Shown piece after piece: positions 1 through 13,929 of a stretch of DNA of 64,000 bases (its first letter is position 1; each line of letters starts with the position of its first letter). The notes beneath the pieces were generated by a model, which was given only the letters and a program-made list of their open reading frames with translations, was not told where the DNA came from and made no database searches. Both the position numbers and the translations under genes were made by a program. This stretch comes from Phoronis australis (taxonomy: Eukaryota; Animalia; Phoronida): contig NMRA01000093.1 of NCBI GenBank assembly GCA_002633005.1, forward strand, positions 510,102-574,101. Reading direction: 5' to 3'.

Positions 1-3000
1 CTAGGTTCGACCGGCCTACGTAAGGAACTAAACACCAATGCTATTTTAACATACTAAGTACGCGTAACATTCCAAAAAACATCAACGACCACTAACTACA
101 AACTATAAATACACTACATATGCAAACGAATCACGAGATATTACTAACAAAACAAAATAATGAAGACCTTTCGAGCAAGCGACAGCACATTCAGTTACAA
201 GGAAAAAATGGCGGCTTTCAGGACAAGTTCCTGAACTGATGAGCCGGAAATGTGGGTACGGAAATAACCGATGACAACCGGTAATCATACGCTCAAAGAG
301 AAGGGTCAAATACTGTTCAAAAATCGCTTTTGGCAAGAAAGGCGAAAAAATATAAAGAAAGGGTGTCGAAAATAAGATTTTATGTAGTAAGTATTTTCGG
401 ATACTAGAACCACATGGTCAGTTTGCAAGAAGGACTTCAACAAAAGGGCGCGAGAAACTCATTGTAGCTTGATGCGTAAAGATCGGGTTTGAGGAAGTTA
501 AGGAGATCTCAGTCTGTGGACGTTTCGCTCAATTTTTGGCCTTCTCATAAGGTCCCCAGGAGTCACACCCACAGTTCAGATATCGACAGACATCCATTTT
601 AAACATATTGAAGTGCACTCCTCGTTGGACTGTGCATATCGTTTATTTGTGTTTAGGTGTATATGCAAAACTTATCGTTTGGTATTATTTGTGTTATTGG
701 GATTTAATTTGGCTTTATATTTAAAAAACACAGCTGCCAACAATATAAAATTCAAGTACTAAGCTACTGTGACGAGTATTGTTGTTGTAAGAGATATCAA
801 TAAAGTCTTTCCCTTTCAGGAAGACTTAGGCATAACTACATTTAGATACAAAATTAAAATATCAACCACATAACAACTGGAACAGAAATCAAAACACTGA
901 AAAAGTAAGTAGTGCAGGAATTAAAGGTCATGTGTTGGGTTGTACACGTAAAGAATAGTTTTGTAAGAATGAAACCTGTGAGTTATGTATATTTTAGGTT
1001 GCCGTCCAGTCTGTGGAGCGCCACTCTGTCGAGCGGTCGATTTTGCCAAACACAGCAATTAATGGGTTTGAATCAATTTTTCGATCTCCGAGATAACTGA
1101 AAACAATCTGTTACGAACCTGCACCAAACGTTTCAGAATATAGGACTCTGGACGTGGAATGCCAATTCTTGCGAGTGACCAAAGCATTCGTATGATAGAA
1201 CTTGCGACACCGAGATTTCACGGGACTAGCCGAGAGAATTTTCACTGTGAATTTCCGGTTGTATGCTTGACTGAGTTTTGGTCCCACAAACTGGTGTGTG
1301 TCTAGTTAACATTCGAAAATCTACTTGTGCATTAATTTGCGTAACTAAGTGAGTATGTTCAAAATTATAATAAAGTCGCAATTTTGGTCTCTCGTTGGTA
1401 ATCTTTTGTCAACTCGGTACTTCTCTATACGGATGCACAGTATTGGATTCTACTAAAGACACGAATTGTTTATTACAAAAAAGCTGGCATATTTACCGAA
1501 TTTAACTCATGCGCAACAATTTTCTCTTAAAACATTATAATCCCACAAGAAAATGCGCTTTCAAACTTCATCGTCCTCCATTAAAAATAAGCGATTCCAC
1601 ACGCGAACAATATTTTTTTCAGTCCACCCGTGAGCAATATTTTCTGTCCACATTGGCTCGTTGGCCACCCAGTATTGCCACATCTAACTGGGTTGGCCTT
1701 AAATTTATGTACCCTCAAGAAATGATCTCGGAGCACTAGCGCGTACTGTCTAACATTTAGACAAATTGGAGTAACGTCAAACGACAGAACAAAATTTCAC
1801 AATGGACGATATTGGGCAGTTAAAACATCTTGTGGAGGGTAAGTGGTAAAGCTGCCTCCCTTTCATTAACGCTAGTACCTCGCGAGAATAGCAAAACTTC
1901 GCGAGATTACGTGAGACATTGAAGTTCATTTTACATGAGAACACGTGACTTTGACTAGATTTTAACTAGGTCCTTGCGTAGGTCCTAGCGTTATTGAACG
2001 CACGCCCGGTGTCTCCCAATTGTTTGCAGTTAATTCCTAACAACTCACCAAAAATTCGCCAAGAGTAATCTCAAGGTATTTATAAGAAGGAATGCAGCCA
2101 GTAAAAGGTATTGTTATTTTCTTAAAAGCATATTTTTGCATATTAAAGTACAAGTGCCAGGAGGCGATCATCTTAAGATTACACGACATTAAATCAAGGC
2201 CGCAGCGTGCTTGGTCTTATAGTTAGGTTCAAAAGTCAATAGTTCTACTGCAGTGATTGGATATGGGCATTCAATTCGATTTTTTGTGACTACAGTCCGT
2301 TCTATTGTCTCAGATGAAAAGTGGCTCCAATGAGAGTGCCCCTTATTAGGTGGCGCTGTGGAAGAGTGAGGCAAAATGAAGCATAAAAGCAGCCCAAGCT
2401 ATATACTTACAAATTGAATTGTAAATGTTTGTTATTTATTAGTCAGAGCTCCTATTGTTTGCCGTCGTGAACAAGTGAAGGTGACAGTTGCTAAGCTGTC
2501 TAATTATACCGTGGGAAAAATCCGTTAATGGCGCTACTTAGATGATTAATAACATTTCTGCGCGTGTATAATTATGTTATTTGTATTCGTTTCAACGATT
2601 AGCTCATACCGAACATATTTTGTCAGCGGAGAGAGCTTGCTGTTGACAAGTTTGCCAGAGATGTGCACTTAATAAATCGATGCTATGAATACGTATGTAT
2701 GTATGTAAGATAACATATTTTCAACTGACTTGGGTAATTTTAAAATTTTCAGGTAAAGCAGTTTTCAAGCTTTTTGATAGATTCACATTAACCCTTCGGC
2801 AGGGTTCCGCTACTGAGGTGAAAGTGCACCATTTAGTAGACACTAGGTATTGAAAAGGCAGGGCTGTAAAGGGTTCGTACTGACCCGGCCAGCTTCTGTC
2901 CTTGTATACAATTTATATTCCCGATAAGGCAGTCACACTGGCAATTATCTTAACAGAAATTTTAATTAGAAAAGGTTTAAATTTCCATTGGTAAAGCTGC

Positions 3001-4649
3001 AAAAGCTGACGCAGTTTATTGAAAAAGTTACGTATGCACACTGGAAACCAGGATTAGTGCTATAAATATGTATACCGAATGCTGGTCGTTGCTTATTAAA
3101 ATGTTCGATACATTTGAACCAAAGTGGGGCGATCTAAAAAATAACAGCGCGACGGCCGCAGACGCCTGCAGAAACTACAACCTCTACCATTACCTACCAT
3201 TACAATAGTGATGAAAGCTTGAGCACGTTGTATAAACGTAGAATCGATAGTCGTAGTTCTATCATTCAGTTTCGCCTCGGACTGTTAAATAAAACATATC
3301 AGACTGAAAGGGGAGTCGTATACTGATTCAGAATCGGACAGTCGGATTTATGCAAATGTCTTCTACGACAGGGAAATTGTCAATCGTAAGTCATTCGTTG
3401 TCCTGTGTTCAACTGCTTTGTCTTGGCTACACTGGCTCAGTTTGAAATCCGTCCCCGCACGATAGGGTCTATGTACTTTCGAAAGATTTTAATACCAATA
3501 GTGATAACGATAATTATAAATAACAGCAGCAACGACAGCAACTATAACGATAATGGCAATAAGCAACATCAACCATGGATTTCTAGAATATGTCATGTAA
3601 ATGTAAGTCATTGAAATAGCCAAAAGTTCCCTCCTGAAGCAGATCATTCAAGACATCGGCAAGTAAACAAGGCTTACTAAACGCCATCAGTTCTGAAAAT
3701 GTACTCGTCCACAAATGCACAGTGTCATATCGATAGCTATATCTGAGACGGAAACTTAATTCTAATTTGTCGCAGTTTCTCAGTCATCTATGTGATTTTC
3801 ATGTTAAAGTCGTAAAGCTAAGCGGTCAACGCCAAAAGATTTTTGACAGGATGTAGGTTTAACTGCCTCTCGTCAATGTAGTACAAGACCTGCATAGAAG
3901 GAGACAAAGTTGAGAATAGAAAAAGTTTGAGTTCCAGTCTGCGGGACACGTTTTGATGATTGCGATTTTAAAACCACTTAACAGCAACGAGATTATTTCC
4001 GGTGGGGAAAATATACTTCTTCGAAATAAAGTGAAAAAAATAAGTTGTCTTTAATGGTATGAACAGGCCACGCAGATAGTTGCCTTGTACAGCAATGATA
4101 TCTGCCACGCGTAGTTTGGTTTAAAATTTGACGAATTTAGAGTTTTTAAAATGCCACTAAGTTAGGGTGACATTTTTTTCGTAAGAATCCTTCTTGAAAC
4201 AGGATTTTTTCAGTTGACTATCAAGAAAGCTCGCGACTTCGACCTCAGAAATAAAGCAGTTTCGTATTTTATGTGAATGACTCGTGTAAGCGACATGAAA
4301 AGTAACTTTAAATTAGAACTACAATAGTTTACACTCACATTGATATGCTTCTTTGGCGAAGTTTTGTATATTCCACCTGCTAGTTGTACAACAGTCTCAC
4401 CCACTCACTCGAAATACAATGTATCTGATAATATGAATACGTTCAATACTATTATACCTTTCCGCAAACGTATGAGGAGCGACCTCTACATTAGTTAATT
4501 TACTGACCTTGGGAACCCGGGGGTAGTTTTCTTTTTATGGTATGTGGTATAGCTGAGTTTCCAAATCTGAGCGATATTCACACCTGGCCAAAAACGGAAA
4601 AATGATACCCAAGTTGCCTATACTAAGTACTAAAAACGTGCCCATGTCT

Positions 4650-4897
4650 TAGTAGCGTGCAGAGGTCTGGTGGACCCTGGGGCTATGTTTAATTGGATGC
4701 TCATTTCTCTACTCAAAGGCATGTACCCTAGTACTAAGACAAGTAAAAAACATGAAACATAGAATAGAAATCTTATTCAATTCAACTACGAATCAATCAC
4801 AAATTTAAAAAGTTCATTCATAGTGATTGGATGCCCCTCCCCCGATGCGGATGCCCGGGGCCGTTGCCCCGCCCCCCCCCCCTTCTGCACGTCACTG
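4650..4897. mobile_element. hAT-type MITE
   Basis: Termini TAGTAGCGTGCAGA / TCTGCACGTCACTG form an imperfect TIR, flanked by a near-perfect 8-bp TSD (CCATGTCT / CTATGTCT). Confidence 0.65.
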
Positions 4898-5321
4898 CTA
4901 TGTCTAATGAAAGAGAGTTTTGGCTATAAAATTCTGCCTTGATTATACCCTACACTGCCCCCTAGCGCCCGGGGCTTGTAAGGAAACGAGGATTTGCCGC
5001 GTTTTAAAACCACCTTAGTATTCACACCGTGTAGAGTAATAGTCAGATCAAAAATTGATGCCAACCAAAAATAACATTCCAGTTTCTGAAGATAACACCT
5101 GAATGGAGTATATCAAATGAGTAAAATAGCGGCCCGAAAGTATACCAATAAATTGAAAAATACATCCGATCACAGCGGCGCGTCTACACTATCCCCATTA
5201 CACCCCCGGATTTAGACACGCAACCTGCTTGTAGGAAATCTCGTGTCTTAATTTTGCAAATCAAAACGTTATTTGCCTATTTGGTAGTTGCAAATGCCCA
5301 ATGAAGCAAAAGATAGAAAAA

Positions 5322-5395
5322 AGTGTGTGTGTATGTGCGTGTGCGTGTGCGCGTGTGTGTGTGCGAGTGCGAGTGTGTGTGTGTGTGTGCGCGCG
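5322..5395. repeat. (TG)n/(CG)n compound microsatellite
   Basis: Alternating purine-pyrimidine run seen directly. Confidence 0.95.
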
Positions 5396-5649
5396 CTTTT
5401 CATTGCCAAGATTGATTAACGTTGTATGTTCGCCGACCGTTCTGTGTATTCGGAGCATTTGTCGACAATTCTGGGGGCGTCCTTTGTAATTTATGAGGTC
5501 ACATTAGTCAGCATGCAGACACCACCTTTGTGCACGGTATTTAGCTGAGTTTCTCATTGACTGGGGATTCTACCGTAACTCGACTACCACCAAATGGTTC
5601 TATAAATTCATGCAGCTAGGCTACTATAAATACCTAAGAATTGTTTTCT

Positions 5650-6690
5650 CATGCAGGCTGAGTTGGACGATGTGTTGCAAAACTCTTACCCAATAGGCAA
5701 GTAAAGCCCTTAATTTAGTCAACTCTTATTTATACAAAATGAGATCAAATAGAAATTTAAGAATAGCATTTAAATTATTTGATTCTATGGTGGCACCTAC
5801 TTTGTTTTTTTTTTCTTTTGATGCAGAACTGTGCGTACAACAAAGAAATAGAAAGTGTTTAGCTTACGTTTTGTAAATGGTTATCACGAACAGGTATCAA
5901 GACAAAAGATGTTATTGCAAAAGATGAATGAGGACGTTTTGATTTGTGTGTCACATACACGTGCAAACATATGCAAACCCATTAAGTACCATTTGATGCT
6001 GTTGAAAATCAATGACAATTGATTGCCAAGACATTGTTACATATTGCTGCGTGAAAACGATTTGAAAGGTCAAAAGAATTGGTGTAATTTTTTGCAAAAT
6101 ATATTATTCATAACTGCATGGGTTTGGCTGTGTCTGGTTGCAACAAGGAGTTGATGATGAAATGAACTTTTTAATTTCTTTTAAGCAAAGACTTAGGGAT
6201 AAGAATTTTCAATTGTGGTAGCCTTCACTAGCAAATACGGATAAATGTGATTTTAACCATTCAATTAAATCTGAATTAACATGTGAAAAGTCTTTAAATC
6301 AAGTATTTGCAATAGCAAATTTGAGGTGTTCAACGCATCATCTTGTGATTGAGTTGGGTAGAAGAAACAATGTACCTTAACCATAAAGAACTTATAAAGC
6401 TTGTAACACCGATGAAATTTGAAACAAGAGATACACTTTTTATTTGATTGTCGTGTTCTTGCAGACCTATGGAAATACCTATTACCACAATGTGTCGTTA
6501 GAAATAGAAACAATAAGGCACTCTTAGGTTCAGATTCTGTGTATGTTTTAAGAAATTCATCATCCTTCATTCAACAAGTAATGGCAATTAGGAGCGAAGC
6601 TACGAGTATTTGATGAATTGGCGAGAGTATACTGTTTGCATATTAATATAATGAACTGTGGGCCAATGGCCCATGATTTTTGAAATGAAC
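5650..6690 (+). mobile_element. Degenerate 3' portion of an RTE-X-like LINE
   Basis: Frameshifted remnants FDSMVAP, RLPRHCYILL, KNW, GFG-VWLQQ, FKQRLRD, ELGR and EIHFLFDC, typical of the RTE-X post-RT region. Confidence 0.65.
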
Positions 6691-6780
6691 GTTTTTTGTA
6701 GTTTTTTTGGTAGTAACCTGTGAGGAAAGTGAGAAACGAAGCAGTGACGTCAGCGGTTCTTCAGCAGAGTGAGTGCCGCT

Positions 6781-6960
6781 ATGGTGTGGTGTATCGTTCC
6801 CGCTTGTGCGAACTATGAAGCCGCGAGGAAACCTGGCGTATCGTTTTTTTTCGATTTCCTCGAGAGCCCATAATGCTTCGGAAGTGGCTCGCAGTAGTGA
6901 AGAATGAAAAGTACACCGTTAGTACCAAGTATGAGGCCGTGAAACTTTTCCGTGTCTGTC
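6781..6960 (+). pseudogene. THAP zinc-finger remnant MVWCIVPACANYEAARKPGVSFF/RFPREPIMLRKWLAVVKNEKY...RVC
   Basis: CxVPxC...FxFP...W...C THAP pattern, frameshifted in a T run at about 6850 and truncated before the conserved His. Confidence 0.75.
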
Positions 6961-7099
6961 AGTGGCCTGTACTTCGTTTGATCGGTTTTTGATCACTTTT
7001 TGATTATGGAGAATTGTTAGTTGGCCATGAGAACATAAACAATTACAATTAATTCAAGGTGTGAGAACAAAACGTTTTATATAACCTAGTTGATGACTG

Positions 7100-7329
7100 A
7101 CTCGTTCGTGAGGTTTCTGTTTGGCCCTCCGGGTGTAGGATGTTTTCGCCACTTCTTTTTCTCAGCCTTAAGAAATGTCGTAAGCACACCTTTTTAGATG
7201 CGGTGCAAAATCAGTATGGTCCGTGAGACACATCTGTGCTTCTCCAAGAATTCGTTCCGCTTGCGGAATTACGTGGCAGCAAACGCGAGCGTCAGTCGTT
7301 CCACCATCGTGCAGTTAGCTCACTGACAC
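7100..7329 (-). pseudogene. Cys-rich KolX / P2X7 cytoplasmic-ballast-like remnant
   Basis: CQ*ANCTM../RVCCHVIPQAERILGEAQMCLTDHTDFAPHL/GVLTTFL matches the CxCxxCxxM..CC..CxTxHxxF..L..VL pattern; contains a stop and frameshifts. Confidence 0.5.
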
Positions 7330-10300
7330 TATGACAAGTTCAAACCGTTTTCGGAATTATTCATATGTTCCGTTGTCTGTACACGTTTACGGAACCTCTC
7401 TATTATTTCTTGATCAGTGTATTCCTGAGAAACCTAACAATCAACCTGTGAAGTTTAAGTGGGGCTTGCGAGTTGCCACGTTGACGTTTATGTTGTGCGT
7501 TCTGTTTCAAAATGAATTATTTCCACCCTTACCAATGCTTATATCTAAGTGAAATTAAGTCTGTCTAATTAGATACAATTTGTAATGCCTTGGAGTGTTT
7601 GTGAGTGCAAATGTTTTGAGAAGCCAGCAATGAATAAATCCCTGCGTTACCGGCTTTAGATGCAATAAACCGCTAACTGCCGTTGGCCGGGCACCGAGGC
7701 CGTGTGAGCACATGCTAATTCAGTGGTTGCTGACAGAAAGCTGTTGTGAAACAACTCCATGGTCAGATGTTAGGGGAATCTTTATTTAGATATTCATATA
7801 CATTATTCGAATCATTGTTTCTGTACAACTTTTTCCCTGATGGTTCTGTGGAATGGTAACTTGACTTCGCGGCCCCCGACGAGCTAGTAAGTAGATTTGC
7901 AGTTTTGAGGCTAATTCACCAAAATAATTGGCGTGCACATTTCTTCTTTGGCTCACTAGTATAGTCTTTTCTTGGCTGGAAGTTTAGTTTCCAACTTTCG
8001 CTGATTTATGTTCGTGATGTCTTTAGTCCGGCCGCAATGGGCTTGATCGAGTTCCGAGCCACTGGCCGGGATAGCAAGCGTTTTGTGTGTTTAGAACTGA
8101 AAAAATCGCAAGTCTAAAATTACAACACGAAGTTATGTTCTCCTGTCTGTATTTCACGGAAGAATAAATTGAATTTATCACCAAACAGACCCCAAACTCC
8201 CGCGGCCGACCTTGCTGTAAATTGGCCTAGCGAACTTTGTAGGCTATGGTACGTTCAAATATCTAAAAATCCGTAACAGCGAAATAAAATTTCACATTTG
8301 CTTAATAACTCGATATATTTGTAAGGGTTTTACATCAAATTTTGATGATTTATTGGTGTAAAACGCTGAATTCAAGCGATAAACTGACACCAGTAAGCGC
8401 GTTGTGAACTGCTGCACATACTTCATTCGAACCTCTGACGTCATTGTTATAATTTCAACACCTCCGTCTGCCGTCAGGTGTCATGTAAAAGAGCTGTACT
8501 TGCTCTTACCGAGTGGGACTACTCGGCCTAAATTGATGCAAAATAGGTTCTTTTTGGGTGGCATTCTCCTTTAAAAAAACGCCGTCGTGCGCTTTTGGGT
8601 CTGACGTCTCCTGTCCAACAGAAAACGCTGTCGGGACGTTTTCGTGTGTTTCAGCGAACATTTCACCCTTGCGCTTTGGTATAGACCCAGATGCCCCGCT
8701 TTGTATCCGGAAGTCCCGCTTTTCAAATCCAGCTGTCCCGTTTCATCATTCTCGAATGTGGAAAATTATGGAGCAGGTGTTCGTTTGTCTCTTTGTTATT
8801 AATATTGGTATTTTCCAGAATCCACTTTCTTTAGTAACATAACAATCGTAAAAATGTGTTCCAATGTCTCTTGTTTACGGTAACTCACGCTGCGTGTATC
8901 ATGATCTTTCTGAAAAAAGTGTGTTTGTTTACAAACTCTTATGGAAAGTCTTATACTGCAACCTATGTTATAATCTATCCACAGTACATTTCAAACCTAC
9001 ACAATAGATGTTTCCTTATTTTTATCTATCAGAAAAACTTTATCTGCAAATTTCGGATAGGTAGTTGGAAAAGGTCCAGTCCCGGCCTATCCGTTAAAGA
9101 TGAGACATAGATGGACAAACAAAAACAAAATTGTAACAGCTACTCAGTGGTACTACTAACTACAATGATAACTAAGTCAGTAATAATTTTGAATTTACGT
9201 AATCTTCGGGCCGTACTCGGTCAACTTCGTCCGAATGGTGCTTTATGATAGGATCGTGCAGACGACAATAGGAGGCGTTATGTAATCCACTGGCACTGGT
9301 GGCTACAACATTGGGTAACAAGGGATCCTAGAAGTAAATGTCTATACCTAACTAGGCTACACAGCAGCGAGAGAGTTCCCAAAAATTAGTCCCTTGTGAA
9401 TGCCTTAAAATCGACCAAGAAACAAAATAGCAGATGGCAGGTTTGTTATCTGCCATTTTGATAGTGGCAGAGGGCAGTTAATTGCAGACATTTTCAAATT
9501 TCCCCTTTGGTTGTGGATTGGTGTATGACACGCATTCGTGAACACGTGTGTGACAGTGTTTCCATTCTTTCAAATTCAGTACACACCGATGATAATTAAG
9601 TTCACCATAGGCAGCCCTCCGTCGTTGCTCAAACATAAGGCATTTAATTACATGGACGGCGCACCATTGGGGGTTGGGGGGGCTATAGTCCCCACATATT
9701 TCAGAAGCGGCGCCACCCATCGTCTAGGGGCGGTGGACCATAGGGAGACTGGGGCCTATATCCCTCACTTTTGCAGTGCTGAGCCGACCATGAACTACCG
9801 TATTTTCTTGCACTAAGAAAACCCCGACGAGCATGTTCATGTTATTAGGGAAAATTAGGTCTAGACCCAATAAAAACTTTGGTCAAGGAAGAAAGTTAAT
9901 CAGTGTCAATGGCGCACAGCCTCGTAGGCGTCACACGAGCAACAAACTTCATGGAAAAAAATTCCGAAACCAGAACTCCGACCGTTCATTACTCTGATTG
10001 TCTGCTAATGAGTCGGAACTGACATAAGAAAAGTATTGTATTTGTGTCCATTTAGCAAAGGGACGTGCAATAGTTGAATAGTTTTTAACACTTTGATTAC
10101 ATTGTTTAGGAATGAGCTCAATACCAATCACTGCCAATCGTGAATCTTGAATCTCACTAACGACTCATTCAGTCTCAAGCAGGACTTCAGCGACCAATAG
10201 TGGCGGTTTTAAATTTAAGAAGACTGAATGGGACTCTCCGACTTCGTGAAGACTGTCAGGGACACGGTAGCCTGCTAACTACATATTTTATTTTCGACCC

Positions 10301-11599
10301 GGCCATGCGCGTGGTTCCAATGGGTGACTTTGAGGCGAGGCGGCCTTAAACTAGCTCAGACACGCTGTGAAATGATGCGACCTTGACAGGAATTTGATGA
10401 ATACATCGTGGTTGACAATTCATCAATATTCCTACTTCATGTTCTATTGAAAATTTGAGTACCTACTTATTTTCCGTATTCGAAAGACATGCGGGCAATT
10501 TCGCATACGCATGAATCCGGGCGTTGTTGAGGATACATGCAGGCACACCACCTAGTGCAACTAATAACGGAAGTGTCGTTTATTTTTGCAAGTAAAAGTA
10601 TATCTGGTACACCCAAGTCCGAAATTTTATATCTTTTCGGAGCTGGTGAACCTTTGGAATAGTTAACCTTCAGAGTAGTGAACCTTTGGGATAGTGGGTT
10701 GATCTTATTTCCAGCGATGTAAGCAAGTTAAGTAACACGCAACTCACAACCAGATCAAAATATTCAAGTCGATCATTCTGCGACTAAATATTTCCGTCCG
10801 AGTATGTAATGAGGCGTTATCACTTGTTTAAGAACGCCCGGTGTGAAAGTTTGGCAGGTGGTAACGCGGGAACGTTCTCTTTTACATCCGAATTTGGGTC
10901 CGTTGTTTCTAAGCAACCGTCAGGCCCATGATCCTCATTTCTGGTATTACGAATTCTGTCTGGTCTTGGGAACATAGAGCTGAGAGTTGTCGTTGTGTAT
11001 ACAGATTTCCCAACCCCCTCCCCCCATTTGACCTCGAAAAGTAAACACTAAAATGGCACGGACATAAATTTGGACATGTAGCGGGCAACCGTGAGCATGT
11101 ACTTTAATGTGTGTACGTGTGTTGAGCAGACATTACATTTTTCCTCTTGAGAAAAGCTTTTAGACCTTGTCTGAACTGGTTCTACAATTGTGTACCCACG
11201 TGATCAAGGCTTCCGACGACACTTCTGAAGTAGCCAAGCATTTTAGATGGTCCACCTCTGAAAGAGCAGCTCTATAGATGATTTCTTTAGGTAACTAGTT
11301 TCTTTACTCTAAGATATGTTTTGATTTGATTAGGGGAAATACTGTGGTGCCGCAATCCTGATATTCAACTTTTTTTACTTCATCTGTCATGCCATGTCAT
11401 CCTATTACATCCCACACGTTTGTAACTCGAATTTGACTGATGCATAGTAAAGTTGTCTTGCGCGATATCATACAGTGTACATGTACATGTAATACTTGAA
11501 AAAAACCCGTTTTCCAAAGAATTGCTATTGTGGCCTGCGCCGTGGTCTGGTCGCGAGTCTGTTTGAAGATGCACTCTAACAAGTTATGTCTATACAAGG

Positions 11600-12570
11600 A
11601 ATGACCAAGGGGGCACTCACATTGACAAAGTGACCGCATTCGCGAACAGTGTACAGTACCAGAACTTGCGGGGAGGCTGTATTTTCACAACAAAGTCTTG
11701 CGGGAGTCGTGCGATGTTCAACGGGCCTCCTAAGGAGTCCTAGTGCCGACCTCAACACCTATCGTCTTTCTACCTGCAATAAGCACCACTGCCGTTTTCT
11801 ATGCTGGGAATTTCCGCAGAAAGGCCCACCCGAAGAAACGCCCATGCCCATGGGCATTTATTTGATGTTAGTACTTCGGGTTTCAAGCGTTCAGACATTT
11901 GGACGGTTATTTCAAAAATTGCAAGAAATGCAAATGGGTCCTGGGATACATCGCCAAGGTTTGAAGTAGTCCATGATGAACGGATCGAATTTAGTTGCGC
12001 ATGCTGTAAGTCTTTTGAATGGACTTGGTTATCTCAGGGGGCTTAGTGCCAACTGAGCTGCGAAACGAGATGCTGACAATGTAGAGGCGTACAAGCTCAT
12101 TGACACAGCAGTTGACGAAGTGCAAGCGTTGGGAACAAACGTCGAAGATGTCTGGGTAGAATGGTTCCAAGAGCAGCAAACCATTGGATCCGATATACAG
12201 ATTCCTCGGCAGTCCAGACAACAGCAGGATAGGACTAACGTTCCTGGAGAAATACCTACGTAATAAGTTATGATTCTACACAGTTTGTACATAATGTCGG
12301 TTTTTATACTTGTGTACAATGAAAACGAAATAGAAATTATTTTTGGTCATGCCAAATTTACCCAATACAGCAGAGGGTCTACGAGCGCACAAAAACTGAT
12401 TCTGGTTTGTATTTCCACTTGGCTCTATCTGCTTCATATCCAAAATTGATTTCACGTAGTGCGTAGTTAAATTTGTTCTCAATACTTGTTTCTTCCAGTG
12501 AGTACTACAGAACGGTGCGAAAACCCTTCCTAGACAACCTCTCGCAGCAGTTGACGACCAGATGTATAAA
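11600..12570 (+). pseudogene. hAT transposase relic (THAP12/PRKRIR-ZMYM1-like) with a retained intron at 12260-12498
   Basis: LGYLRGLSA../RDADNVEAYKLIDTAVDEVQAL..WVEWFQE..IQIPRQSRQQQDRTNVPGEIPT spliced (GT..AG) to EYYRTVRKPFLDNLSQQLTTR, the hAT PR..RQ..R.N.P...YYR...PFLD...L..R signature. Confidence 0.7.
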
Positions 12571-13929
12571 ATACATGTATGAGCAACCACTGGGCATTAA
12601 AAAGTGTCTAGAGAGAAGTTTTCAATTCAAACTTTTTTGCATAGTACACTTTAGGTCTCGCGAGGGACCAGGCCAGCTTGATTTGTGTAGATAGTGAGTT
12701 TCAGTGTACTTCTGGTTCCTCGGCGAACTAGTCTTGTGATGTTTTTTTACCAAAGTGTGCTTTGTAAAACTATCTATCTCAGCCAGTACTGTTTGGTCCC
12801 GCCACAGATCAACTATGTTTATAGGGATAATAAGCACAGGTGTACTTTTGGTCTCGTGACGGACCAGGCCTTTTTGTGTACTCTCAGTGTACACCTGGTC
12901 CCTCTGCGAACTGGTCCTGTTTATATTTTCACCACGATGTACAGAATGTTTTGGTTTCTTGAAACTGTTTTCAGCTGATTCGTTTCCAGATACATTTGAC
13001 GTTTTTCAATTGTGGTCAACGTGATTCAGCTTAATGAAGTGATACCTAATTGTTTATTGTCGCTTTTAATAATATACTATGAGCTGAGAGCACCATCGTT
13101 TGCCAGTTTTTCTCATAATTAGACAGAACACATGTTTATTTCCAGACTAACAGTACAGGTCTTCGTTCTTAAACAACTTGAGGCTGCTGTTACGCGATCA
13201 TCTGTTATTCAATGTTTTACTCCCCGTCGGGTGCTCCTTATGCTCTTGAATATTTGGTAGTTGTCTAACCCCCCACACACACCACACTTTTTCATATACG
13301 ACTTTTCGTATGCTAAAAAGGTGTGTATAAGCAGATGTTCCAACAAAAATTTTTGCTGGTGGCGTAATTCATACCCAGATGTGCACAAATATGATTTCAC
13401 GAAACTTGTGAGCCACGTTCATGCGACGAAATCGAGAAGGGTTTTAAATTATCTTAAGAAAAACTCAAGAGACATGTTATTAGTGCCAGAAACTTACCAG
13501 GATGCATGGAAATTTCACTATTTGGCTACAAAAACAAAAAAATGGTCTTACACGGAGGGGGGAAACCCCCCTCCCGACCTCCCCCCTCTCGGCGCCACGT
13601 GCCTCGGATTCGACCTTTGCGGGAATCCTAAACCCCTAAACCTCCCCCTTACTGAAAACGTAGATCCGCCACTGGTCTAATGCATTGTCTATGAATCAGT
13701 GATGGTTTAGTCTAATGCATTCCAAAAATAACTCGTGGTAAATGTTCAGTGACGTTGTATTGTTGATTTTCCAAATGCCGAGGTACGTGTGACATAACTT
13801 AAATATTTTTAGAGAATTTGCTTTCATATTGTTGTTGATTTCTTGTATAATTACTACAGTGTGTCTTGAAATGACGTTAAAGACAACATTGTGACTACGT
13901 TTTGAGACAATCATGATATTGTAGCATGT

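Larger units (their letters stand above)
6742..8446. mobile_element. Internally deleted Kolobok-like DNA transposon relic (THAP on + strand, KolX/P2X7-ballast-like on - strand)
   Basis: 16/18 inverted repeat at 6742-6759 and 8429-8446 with TGACGTCA cores; convergent THAP and Cys-rich remnants inside. True termini and TSD not identified. Confidence 0.55.

Noticed and set aside
236-276. CTGATGAG...GAAA possible hammerhead ribozyme
   Set aside because: Stem II does not close correctly before GAAA, and I could not form stems I and III.
5261-5489. ORFs rich in HT/RT or CV repeats
   Set aside because: Translations of the TG/CG microsatellite.
13261-13680. 139-aa ORF
   Set aside because: No recognisable domain; its 3' part runs through a MITE-like end (GATCCGCCACTG).
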